64,000 nucleotides of DNA from Planctomycetota bacterium (GCA_965223545.1 OZ245006.1:4192001-4256000); one strand, 5' to 3'. Counted from the first letter of the stretch, positions 32,199 through 40,545 are shown. Numbers and translations: made by a program. The notes: generated from the sequence alone by a model not told the origin.

Positions 32199-32371
32199 GC
32201 CTCCGGCGCCTCGAATCTTCGAGCTTCGACAACATTCTCGAGGCGACGTCGCTGCCATGGCGACAACGCCGCCGCGCCGGAGGCTCGGAGAGACAGTGCC
32301 TCCTGGCTCAGCGCGGCGGCGGATGGGTCGGACCTTCCAAACCGCGCCGGCAAGAGCGGCATCCGAGTTTG
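32191..32371. repeat. Diverged copy of the ~200-bp palindromic repeat, left of the IS110 insertion
   Basis: Shares CGCGGTGAGCCTC, CCGGAGGCTCG, GGCTCAGCGCGGC and CCGGCAAGAGCGGC..TCCGAGTTTG with 34312-34524 and 35716-36193. Confidence 0.8.
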
Positions 32372-32434
32372 ATATCTCCTAAGTCATGTCAAGGGGTTTT
32401 CGCTGGGGCTCGACATCGCGTGTGCACGGCTTGT

Positions 32435-33937
32435 TCAGGACTCTTCCACAAGACCAGGGAAGTGTTCTTGCATGAGATCACCGATCGGGTGAGGTTGACG
32501 TGGGGATTCCACGGCCAGGCCTGTGGCGTCCATTGGGCGGCCACTCAAGTCCCTCGTCGTCGGAGTCCCCACTCGTCCCTGTCGCCGTTGGTCGCGCTCA
32601 TGCCGCTGTGGCGCGACGATGCTGCGCGTGAACTTGGCTGCGATGAGCGCGCGCGCGGCAACCTTCGTGAGCTCGTTGCCGTCGGCGTCTCGCAGGACGT
32701 AGCGGACTTGCGTCGACGCCGGCTTGTCATCGGCGCGCTGGCTGTCGCGACGCTTCAGGAGGGCGTAGACGCGGCGCGCCATCTTGCCAGCCAATGCGAT
32801 GAGGATGAGGTTGTGGTGATCACCTGCGGCGTAGCGGCGAGCGTAGTACGCCGCGAAATCCGGATCCCACTGGCGAGCGACGTCAGCTGCTAGGTAGAGG
32901 TACTTCTTGAGTACTCGTTGGCCGGTTTTGGTGATTGGCATCGAGGGGTCGCTCATGCCCGTCTGCTTCCGGCGTGGACACAGTCCGCAGTAGCTCACGA
33001 ACTTCTTGCCGTTCGAGAACCGCGCGATGTCGCCTACCAAGGCTTCGATGGCCGCAGCGATCGTGGGACCGACGCCGCGCAGTTGCTCGAGTGTTCGGTC
33101 AGGATCGACGCCCAGGTAGAGCTTCTTGATCTTTGCGTCGAGCTTGCGAACGTCCGTGTTCTTGCGCTCGATCTCATCCAGCTCGTACACCACATCCTCT
33201 TGGATGGCCTCGTAGTCGAACGGCATCTGCCCCGCAGCTCGCAGCTCAGCGTAGTACTCGGCGGCCTGTCGGCAGGACTCGAGCACGCGGTCGACCAAGC
33301 ACGGGTCATGCGTTCCCTTGGATCGCTTCGTCAAGAAGCGCTCCAAGCGACTCTTCCCAAGGCCGACCGCTTTCACCGGATCGACGTAGCGCCGCAGAAA
33401 CCCCATCTTAGCGGCACTGAACTTCTCTGCCCCCAAGGCCTTCATGAGGCTGGGATTCGCCAGTACCAGTATCGCGTGCACACGACGCTTGTGGTCGCTG
33501 AGCTCGCGCGCCAACCGCTCACGCCGCTTCACGAGTCGACGGATCGTCGTCTCGTCGGCAGTTGGAACACGCAGCTGGTGGACGCCCTTTGGATCCATCT
33601 GCGGCAGACGCGCAGCGGCCTCGGCGTCTACTACGTCGGTTTTGGTGTGCTTGCTATAGAACTTCCGCAGGTCGCTCAGCTTCTGTGGTTTGCTCACGTA
33701 GATCTGGAACCCTGCGGCGTTCACGTGCGCCGCGATGGGCAGCCACGCCAACCCCGTTGGTTCCATCACGAAGCTCACCGGACCCTCGGCACCTTCCTGT
33801 GCACGGCGCAGCAGAAGGTCAATACCCTCACGGCTGTTCTCGACTGAAAACGGTCTGCCCCGAGACTTCGCACCATCCAGAACGACGGCTCGGTGCTTGC
33901 TCCTCAAGCCGAGATCCAATCCAACGAATCGATTCAT
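32435..33937 (-). CDS. IS110-family DEDD recombinase/transposase
   Basis: FVGLDLG (D), VMEPTG (E), KTDVVDA (DD) and C-terminal LRGVGPTIAA...RFSNGKKFVSYCGLCP...QTG domain; RBS GGAGGGG before the ATG. Confidence 0.95.
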   Translation of the reverse strand: MNRFVGLDLGLRSKHRAVVLDGAKSRGRPFSVENSREGIDLLLRRAQEGAEGPVSFVMEPTGLAWLPIAAHVNAAGFQIYVSKPQKLSDLRKFYSKHTKTDVVDAEAAARLPQMDPKGVHQLRVPTADETTIRRLVKRRERLARELSDHKRRVHAILVLANPSLMKALGAEKFSAAKMGFLRRYVDPVKAVGLGKSRLERFLTKRSKGTHDPCLVDRVLESCRQAAEYYAELRAAGQMPFDYEAIQEDVVYELDEIERKNTDVRKLDAKIKKLYLGVDPDRTLEQLRGVGPTIAAAIEALVGDIARFSNGKKFVSYCGLCPRRKQTGMSDPSMPITKTGQRVLKKYLYLAADVARQWDPDFAAYYARRYAAGDHHNLILIALAGKMARRVYALLKRRDSQRADDKPASTQVRYVLRDADGNELTKVAARALIAAKFTRSIVAPQRHERDQRRQGRVGTPTTRDLSGRPMDATGLAVESPRQPHPIGDLMQEHFPGLVEES

Positions 33938-33959
33938 GTCCCCTCCATGTTCAACGAGT

Positions 33960-34297
33960 GAGTGTCGACGAGAGGACTCTCCCTACCCGCGCAGTCCGCC
34001 TGAGGAGGCGAGTCGCCAAAACGGTTCGTGTTTCGGGGCCGTGATTTCTCACGCCGCCAATCTCCTAAATCGGGTCCCCCACGCGGGAGGAGAGTCGCAG
34101 AACCAAATGAGGGGCCGCTCGAAGCGCCACCATTGCGGCAGATCGCGAAACCTCTCCGTCGCACGCCGGGGGACCCTAAGCTCTCTTGCGGCCGATGACC
34201 AGACTCCCGACACGACTCCTGCGGCTGCACCATCGCGCGAGTCTTCCACACCGCTACGGCGCGACGGGTGTGGAGAACTCTAGCTTCGCAGATCATG
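33960..34297 (-). ncRNA. Candidate IS110 bridge RNA (ends approximate)
   Basis: 5' hairpin followed by two parallel loops carrying target-matching (34133-34139, 34101-34107) and donor-matching (34060-34068, 34020-34031) segments. Confidence 0.72.
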
Positions 34298-34311
34298 GAA
34301 CCACACATACC

Positions 34312-34524
34312 GTTGCGGCCCCGGCCGCGCTGAGCCTCGGGGGCCGAGAATGTTCGAGCGGCAACAACCTTTCGGAAGGCCCGTCGTCGCCGGGACTTCG
34401 ATACCGCAACTCCCGGAGGCTCGAAGACAACACTGGCCTCTGGGCTCAGCGCGGCGGCGGATGGGTTCGGCCTTCCAAGCTGCTCCGGCGAGAGCGGTTG
34501 GTTGCGGCCGTGGCCGCGCTGAGC
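34312..34524. repeat. Continuation of the palindromic repeat right of the IS110 (one unit plus the start of another)
   Basis: GTTGCGGCCCCGGCCGCGCTGAGCCTC...GGCAACAACCTTTCGGAAGGC...CCCGGAGGCTCGAAGACAACACTGGCCTCTGGGCTCAGCGCGGC, highly similar to the 35764-36193 units. Confidence 0.88.
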
Positions 34525-34859
34525 TCGGTGCCCCCGGCCGCCGCTGGGGCGCGGGCCGCCGCCGGGCGCGCCGCGCTTTGGTCTTCTGACCCCGGGATTG
34601 GACAGCAGCGGGCCCCCTCGCTACTCTCCGACCTTTCGTCTGCCACGAACCCGGAGTGAAACCTGGAGCGCGGCGCCCCTGGTACGCAGGGACCGACCGC
34701 GCTCAGTGCCATCGATCGGGGTTGTGTCGACTCCGGTGAATCGGTCGCCGTCGGCCATGGGCCACGGGGCGAGATCCACCTCCTTTGTTTCACGGCCGGG
34801 CAAGGGCGCTCACTCCTGCGCCGGCCTTCCCGAATGGCACCGCCTGAAATCTCCGAGTC

Positions 34860-35378
34860 ATGAGCAAGCGCATTTTCGTCGGCAACCTGAATTACGACAC
34901 CACCGAGGACAACTTGGCCGCCGCCTTCGAGGGGCAGGGCTACAAGTTGGGCAGCTGTCGGATCGTCTTGGACCGTGATACCGGCCGCTCGCGCGGCTTC
35001 GCCTTCGTCGAGGTCGCCGAGGGCGTCGATGCCGACGCCGCCATGCAGGCGTTGGACGGCCACGAAGTCGACGGTCGTCCGCTCCGCGTCAACGAGGCCA
35101 CCGAACGTCCGCGCCGCGAGCGCCCCGCCTTCGGCGGTGGTGGTGGCGGCGGCGGCGGTTACGGCGGCGGCGGGGGCGGCTACGGCGGCGGCGGGGGTGG
35201 CTACGGCGGCGGCCGGCGCGGTGGTGACCGCGGTCGGCGCGGCGGCGGCCATGGCGACCGCGGTCGTCGTGGCGGCGGCGGTGGCTTCGGCGGCGGCGGT
35301 GGCGGTGGCGGCGGAGGCGGCGGTGGTCGTGGCCGCCGCGGCCGCGACGAGCACTACGACAGCCGCGAGGAGTGGTGA
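34860..35378 (+). CDS. RRM RNA-binding protein with Gly/Arg-rich tail
   Basis: RNP2 IFVGNL, RNP1 RGFAFVEV, DGRPLRVNEA and a GGGY/RGG tail. Confidence 0.93.
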   Translation: MSKRIFVGNLNYDTTEDNLAAAFEGQGYKLGSCRIVLDRDTGRSRGFAFVEVAEGVDADAAMQALDGHEVDGRPLRVNEATERPRRERPAFGGGGGGGGGYGGGGGGYGGGGGGYGGGRRGGDRGRRGGGHGDRGRRGGGGGFGGGGGGGGGGGGGRGRRGRDEHYDSREEW

Positions 35379-35483
35379 CCTCGCCGCGGCCGTTGTGCCG
35401 CTGGCATCGTGTGATTGGAGCCCCGATCGCTCCCGCTGTCGCCACTCCCCGCCGCCACCGAAACAACACGGAGTCACCCTGAC

Positions 35484-35708
35484 ATGGCAGATTCGTTTCA
35501 GAAGAGAAACCGGGAACGGCGGAAGCAGCAGCGCCGCCGCGACAAGGCGATCCGCAAAGAGGAGCGCAAGTTTCTGGAACCGCCGGAGGAGGGGATGTCG
35601 GCCGCTGAGCTCGAGGAGATGTTCGAGCAGGCGATCCGGCAGCGCGAGGCGGGCGACGAAGAGGAAGAGGGTGGCGAGGGCGAGGACACCGTCGTCGATC
35701 GCACCTGA
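35484..35708 (+). CDS. Small charged hypothetical protein
   Basis: ATG 35484; basic N-terminus MADSFQKRNRERRKQQRRRDK followed by an acidic C-terminus; follows the RRM gene. Confidence 0.6.
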   Translation: MADSFQKRNRERRKQQRRRDKAIRKEERKFLEPPEEGMSAAELEEMFEQAIRQREAGDEEEEGGEGEDTVVDRT

Positions 35709-35715
35709 CGCTAGT

Positions 35716-36193
35716 CTCCGGCGCCACGAATCGTCGAGCCGCTCCGGCAAGAGCGGCTCCGAGTTTGGTTGCGGCCCCGGCCGCGCTGAGCCTCAGGGTC
35801 CGCAAGTCTTCGCGCGGCAACAACCTTTCGGAAGGCTCGATGCCGCTGGAACTTCGACAACGCAGCTCCCGGAGGCTCGAAGACGACACTGGCCTCTGGG
35901 CTCAGCGCGGCCGCCGGCGACCGCGGGACCCGCGACCGACGCTCGGGTCGCGGAATGCTCCGTGTTTGGTTGCGCCCCCGGCCGCGGTGAGCCTCAGGGT
36001 CCGCAAGTCTTCGCGCGGCGACAACCTTTCGGAAGGCTCGATGCCGCTGGAACTTCGATACCGCAGCTCCCGGAGGCTCGAAGACAACACTGGCCTCTGG
36101 GCTCAGCGCGGCCGCCGGCGACCGCGGGATCCGCGACCGACGCTCGGGTCGCGGAATGCTCCGTGTTTGGTTGCGCCCCCGGCCGCGGTGAGC
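35716..36193. repeat. Tandem 201-bp palindromic repeat array (about 2.2 units)
   Basis: TTTGGTTGCG recurs at 35764, 35965 and 36166 (period 201). Unit 1 contains a perfect 15-bp inverted repeat, 35778-35792 / 35899-35913. Confidence 0.92.
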
Positions 36194-36348
36194 GTGCGGT
36201 CGGGGTTCTCGAATTGAGAGCGCGTCGCTCGGCGTCGCGTCTCCGCAGCGGACCTTCCGACGACGCCGCGAGTTGACCGCCCGAGCACGGCGCGGTCCCG
36301 CGCCCGGCAGTGGTTTTTCGGCTCCGCCGTCGGTGCAGGAACCTCCGT

Positions 36349-37647
36349 ATGTGGCCGATCAGCGGGGCACGTGGAGGCGCTGTCTTGCTGTTGATCCTGA
36401 GCCCACATCGCGTCGGCGTGCGTGGCGACCGCTACGCACTGGACGCCGACCTTCATCGAGAGCTTTGTTGCTATGCCGAGCGGCTGGGGGGCGCGGTGGC
36501 GTGCCTCGCCGTCCGGGAGACCGACGATGACGGCGCCACCGACGGTGGCACCATCGTCCTCGCGCCGGCAGAGCTGCCCTACGAGCTCCGTCTCGTCGAC
36601 AGCGAGGCCGGCGGCGGGCGGAGCGAGGCGCTGCGCGCGGAGCTCGCGGGCCAACTCGAGGGTGTGACGCTGGTGGCCGGCGCGGCGACGGACGCGATGG
36701 CCGCGACCGTGTTCGAGATCGCCGGAGAACGCCAAGTGCCGTGCGTGCCGCTGGTGGACGACACGGGTGATGTGTTCGGCGGGGCTGCCGGGGTCGGAAT
36801 CGTCGGCCGCGTGCTGGGTGCGATGCGCAGTCATGCGCAGCAGCGACAAGTGCGCAAACAGCTCCGCGGTGCCGCGGCGGTCCAATGCGTCGGCTTCACC
36901 GCCCATGAGCAGTGCGTCGCTCTCAACCCCGACGCCGTGGTCGTGCTGCACTCTCGCCTGCACGCCGAAGAGGTCGTCTCCGTCGAGCGAGTGCACCGGC
37001 GCGTGGCCTCGCTGCACAACGGCCGGCGCCCGAGGCTGTTCTGGGCGGGCCATCTCGAGGAGGAGCGCGGCGTGTTGGAGATCGTCGGCCTCGCTCTCGA
37101 GCTGCGCCGGTTGGGGCAGGATTTCCGATTGCAGATCTTCGGCCGCGGCTCGCTGCGCGGCGAGATCGAGCGGCGCATCGAGCAGGAAGGCGCCCAGCGT
37201 TTCGTCGAGGTTCACGGGCCGCTGTCCTGGGCGGACCAGCGGCAGGTCATGAACCAGTCGGACCTGTCGCTCAGCTTCGGCTACGCGCCCGGCGTCGTGC
37301 GCCCGGTGCTGGAGGCGATGGGCGCGGGGTTGCCCGTCCTGGGCCCGTCCTGCGGGTCTCTGGGCCTGCTCGCCGACATGTCGTCGGCGTGTGTCGTGGT
37401 CCCGGAGGACAACGTCGCCGCCGCGGCGCGAGCGGCCCGCCGGGTGCTGCGCGACCGCAGCCGACTGCTGTCGCTGTCCCTGGCGGCCCGGCGATTCGCG
37501 GGGGCGCACTGCGCGGAGCGACAGTGGGAGCGCCGCGTGGAGCACTGGCGCCCGTTGTTGGAACGCGTGCCCGCGCCGGCCGGCGCCGGCGAGCCGTCGG
37601 CCGCCACGCCGTCGGCCGCCGCGGAGCCGGTCTCGATCGAGAGCTGA
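36349..37647 (+). CDS. GT-B (family 4-like) glycosyltransferase
   Basis: LFWAGHLEEERG, IFGRGSLR and PVLEAMGAGLPV motifs; start uncertain. Confidence 0.75.
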   Translation: MWPISGARGGAVLLLILSPHRVGVRGDRYALDADLHRELCCYAERLGGAVACLAVRETDDDGATDGGTIVLAPAELPYELRLVDSEAGGGRSEALRAELAGQLEGVTLVAGAATDAMAATVFEIAGERQVPCVPLVDDTGDVFGGAAGVGIVGRVLGAMRSHAQQRQVRKQLRGAAAVQCVGFTAHEQCVALNPDAVVVLHSRLHAEEVVSVERVHRRVASLHNGRRPRLFWAGHLEEERGVLEIVGLALELRRLGQDFRLQIFGRGSLRGEIERRIEQEGAQRFVEVHGPLSWADQRQVMNQSDLSLSFGYAPGVVRPVLEAMGAGLPVLGPSCGSLGLLADMSSACVVVPEDNVAAAARAARRVLRDRSRLLSLSLAARRFAGAHCAERQWERRVEHWRPLLERVPAPAGAGEPSAATPSAAAEPVSIES

Positions 37648-37744
37648 TGGCGCGCGCCCCTTGTGGGCCGCGGCGGAGCGGGTCTATGGTGGCACAGCGG
37701 CCGGCCATGACCCGTCGCCGCGCGAACAAGGAGCACCCGTTGCC

Positions 37745-38176
37745 ATGCCCGCAGAAGACGATCCACGCCAGAAATCGGACGAAGACTGGGCAGCGGAGCT
37801 CTCGAGCCAAGAGTTCCAGGTAACGCGGCGCGGGGGCACGGAGCCCGCCTTCACCGGTCGCTATTGGGACGAGAAGCGGGCCGGCACCTACCTCTGCGTG
37901 TGCTGCCGGACTCCCCTGTTTCGCTCGGAGACCAAGTTCGACTCGGGCACCGGCTGGCCGAGCTTTACCGCGCCGGTGCGGCCGGCGTCGGTGGAGCGCG
38001 TGGCGGACGATAGCCACGGCATGCAGCGGACGGAGGTGACCTGTGCGCGCTGCGCCGCGCACCTCGGCCATGTGTTCCCCGATGGGCCCGCACCGACCGG
38101 CCAGCGCTACTGCATCAACTCGGCGGCCCTGTCCCTCGCCGAGGACGGCGAAGAGTCGGGCGGCGCGGAGAAGTAA
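37745..38176 (+). CDS. msrB: Peptide methionine-R-sulfoxide reductase MsrB
   Basis: GTEPAFTG, CVCC...KFDSGTGWPSF, CARC, HLGHVFPDGP and RYCINS motifs. Confidence 0.96.
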   Translation: MPAEDDPRQKSDEDWAAELSSQEFQVTRRGGTEPAFTGRYWDEKRAGTYLCVCCRTPLFRSETKFDSGTGWPSFTAPVRPASVERVADDSHGMQRTEVTCARCAAHLGHVFPDGPAPTGQRYCINSAALSLAEDGEESGGAEK

Positions 38177-38210
38177 GGGGAGGGCTGCGCGCCGGCGAGC
38201 TCCCCCCTTT
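38177..38210 (+). terminator. Possible intrinsic terminator after msrB
   Basis: GGGGAGGGCT...AGCTCCCCCC stem followed by a short T tract. Confidence 0.35.
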
Positions 38211-38349
38211 CGGGGCCCCGACCGCTGCACGTGGACCGTGCCAGTACGCCGGGTCCGCCCCCGCCTGTTTCTTTTGTTCTCGCCTCACCGCATACTGAGG
38301 CTTCCCCGCTGCGGTCAGGGCGGTCCGCGCCGCCAAGCGGGAGCTTCGG

Positions 38350-39300
38350 ATGGTGCGCTGGGCGGCAAAGAAACACCGGTCGGGTGGTGCAGGGCGATCG
38401 TCGCTCGGGCCCCAAGCCCGCGGGATCTTCGACCGGCTGTTCGGTGCTGCGGCGACGCCGGAGAGCCGGTCGGCCACCGCCGAGGCCCTCAGCGTGGCGA
38501 TTGCCTCGGGCAAGGGCGGCACCGGCAAGTCGTTCTTGGCCACCAATCTGGGCGTGCTGCTGCACCAGGCCGGGCGCCGCGTCTGCATCGTGGATTGTGA
38601 CTTCGGGTTGGCCTGCGACCACCTGCTGCTCGGTGTGTCGCCCCGGTTGACCCTGCAGGACTACGTCTCCGGACGCGCCAACATGGCGGACCTGACGATC
38701 GATACCCCGGCTGGACCGCGGCTGGTGCCCGGTGCGCAGGGGGTGCGCCGCATGGCCAGTCTGACCGACGCGGAGCTGCTGCGCTTGGCGCATGGGCTCG
38801 GCGAGGCGGCCGCCGACCACGACGTGATGATCTTGGACGTCGGGGCGGGGATTTCGCCGCAGACCATGTTGACGATGCTGGCTGCCGACCACCTTGTGCT
38901 GGTCACCGAGCCGGAGATCGCGGCGCTGACCGACGCGTACGCGGTCATCAAGTGCATTGCCCAGCTGCGACAGCAGGTGGAATTCTCGGTGGTCGTCAAC
39001 CGAGTCGCCGCGCCGGGACAGGGCCGCGCGACGTTTGCCAAGCTCGACGACGTCTCACAAAGATACACAGGGGTCACCCTGCGTTATCTGGGAGAGGTCG
39101 GATTCGATCCCGCGGTGACCCACCGCCGGTTGGGGCAACGCCCGCTGTCCGTGTCCGATCCCGCCGGTGCCACCGCGGCGGCGCTGCGGTGTGTGACCGC
39201 TCGGCTAGAGGGTGTCGTGGGGGGTTTTGGTCCAAGATCCGTCGCACCAGATGAAGGCATCGAAAGTCGGTTCCGCTCGCACCGTTTGTTCGTGACCTGA
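38350..39300 (+). CDS. flhG: MinD/ParA-family ATPase, FlhG/FleN-like
   Basis: IASGKGGTGKS, VDCDFGLA, ILDVGAGIS, VTEPEIAALTDAYAVIK and VVVNRV motifs typical of FlhG. Confidence 0.78.
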   Translation: MVRWAAKKHRSGGAGRSSLGPQARGIFDRLFGAAATPESRSATAEALSVAIASGKGGTGKSFLATNLGVLLHQAGRRVCIVDCDFGLACDHLLLGVSPRLTLQDYVSGRANMADLTIDTPAGPRLVPGAQGVRRMASLTDAELLRLAHGLGEAAADHDVMILDVGAGISPQTMLTMLAADHLVLVTEPEIAALTDAYAVIKCIAQLRQQVEFSVVVNRVAAPGQGRATFAKLDDVSQRYTGVTLRYLGEVGFDPAVTHRRLGQRPLSVSDPAGATAAALRCVTARLEGVVGGFGPRSVAPDEGIESRFRSHRLFVT

Positions 39301-39441
39301 AGCGGAGGAGTCCCCTCTGGTTTTTGCGGGCATCGCGTGCGAAGAACACGTGCTCAGCGCGTGCTATTCTCCCTCGGGGAGGTTGGACCAGGTGGGCCCG
39401 TTGCCAGCCGGTTCTGACTCCCGGACAACTGGGCTAACGCC

Positions 39442-40545
39442 ATGGAAACGAAGCGTGTAATCGTCGTTGGCTGCGGCGGCTTCATCGGGAGCCACCTGGT
39501 CGAGCGGCTTTTGAGTACCGATGGGTACGAGGTGATCGGCTTCGATACCTCGAGCCACAAGATCGCGGCGCACCTCGACAACCCGCGCTTCACGTTCCGC
39601 AACACGTACATCGAGGCCGCCAACGTGGAGGCCGAGATCGGCCCCTACCTGGACGACTGCCATGCGCTGTTCTCCCTGGCGGCGGTCTGCAACCCCGCCG
39701 AGTACGTCGCCAACCCGGTCTACACGATCGAGTCGAACTTCATCGACTCCTACAAGCTGGTCGAGCTGTGCGCGAAGCGCGGCATCTGGCTCATCCACAC
39801 CTCGACCTGCGAGGTGTACGGCCGAACGCTGGCCAGCTACTTGGACGACAACGACTACTCCGATCCGCGACTCTACGAGCAGGTCGAAGACGAGACGCCG
39901 CACGTGATGGGGCCGACGGTCAACCAGCGTTGGTGCTACGCCGCGGCCAAGGCGCTGCTCGAGCGCTACATCTACGCCAACCACACCGAGCGCGGTCTGC
40001 CGTTCACGATCGTCCGGCCGTACAACTGGTTCGGGCCGCGCATGGACTACATCCCCGGCCGCGATGGCGAGGGGACGCCCCGCGTGCTCGCCTGCTTCAT
40101 GAAGGCGCTGCTCGACAACGAGCCGATCCAGCTCGTCGACGGTGGAACCGCGACGCGGACCATCACCTACATCGACGACTGCATCGATGCCTTGATGCGC
40201 ATGCTCGAGCGGCCGGCGAAGGCGCAGAACACTTTCTTCAACATCGGTAATCGCGCCAGCGAAGTCACCGTGGCGGAGCTCGCATCGCTGATGATCGAGC
40301 TCTACGCCGAGATCACCGGTGACGAGGCGCGGCGGAGCCACCCCGTCCTGGAGGTCACCGGGGAGCAGTTCTACGGCAAGGGCTACGAGGACTGCGACCG
40401 CCGAGTCCCGAGTGTCGAGCGCGCCGAGCAGCGGCTCGACTGGTATCCCAAGGCGGACCTGCGCACGACCTTGCGCAGGACGATGGAGTACTTCCACGCC
40501 GCCTACGGCGTCCGTTCGGACGCAGCGGTCGACGGCGGCCGGTGA
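39442..40545 (+). CDS. UDP-D-apiose/UDP-D-xylose synthase-like decarboxylase (extended SDR)
   Basis: LAAVCNPAEY, STCEVYG, QRWCYAAAK, FTIVRPYNWFGPRMDYIPG, PRVLACF and FYGKGYEDCDRRVP closely parallel plant AXS1 motifs. Confidence 0.8.
   Translation: METKRVIVVGCGGFIGSHLVERLLSTDGYEVIGFDTSSHKIAAHLDNPRFTFRNTYIEAANVEAEIGPYLDDCHALFSLAAVCNPAEYVANPVYTIESNFIDSYKLVELCAKRGIWLIHTSTCEVYGRTLASYLDDNDYSDPRLYEQVEDETPHVMGPTVNQRWCYAAAKALLERYIYANHTERGLPFTIVRPYNWFGPRMDYIPGRDGEGTPRVLACFMKALLDNEPIQLVDGGTATRTITYIDDCIDALMRMLERPAKAQNTFFNIGNRASEVTVAELASLMIELYAEITGDEARRSHPVLEVTGEQFYGKGYEDCDRRVPSVERAEQRLDWYPKADLRTTLRRTMEYFHAAYGVRSDAAVDGGR

Larger units (their letters stand above)
32372..34311 (-). mobile_element. IS110-family insertion sequence inserted in the host repeat (boundaries +/- a few nt)
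   Basis: Removing 32372-34311 rejoins TCCGAGTTTG|GTTGCGGCCCCGGCCGCGCTGAGCC, which matches the intact repeat at 35758-35792. No target duplication or terminal IRs; codon style differs from the flanks. Confidence 0.9.

Noticed and set aside
34186..34193. Alternative target guide (GGCCGCAA on the minus strand) in the IS110 non-coding end
   Set aside because: It is an 8-nt match to the target but lacks the shared loop scaffold and a clean partner guide. The 34101-34139 loop fits better; kept only as a secondary possibility.
35130..35340. GGC-rich tandem repeat
   Set aside because: Explained by the Gly-rich tail of the RRM protein.
35764..36193. CRISPR array
   Set aside because: Units are 201 bp and nearly identical throughout, with no unique spacers and no cas genes.
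35765..36217. 150-aa ORF across the tandem repeat
   Set aside because: Open frames are expected in a GC-rich repeat with a period divisible by 3; no RBS or domain evidence.
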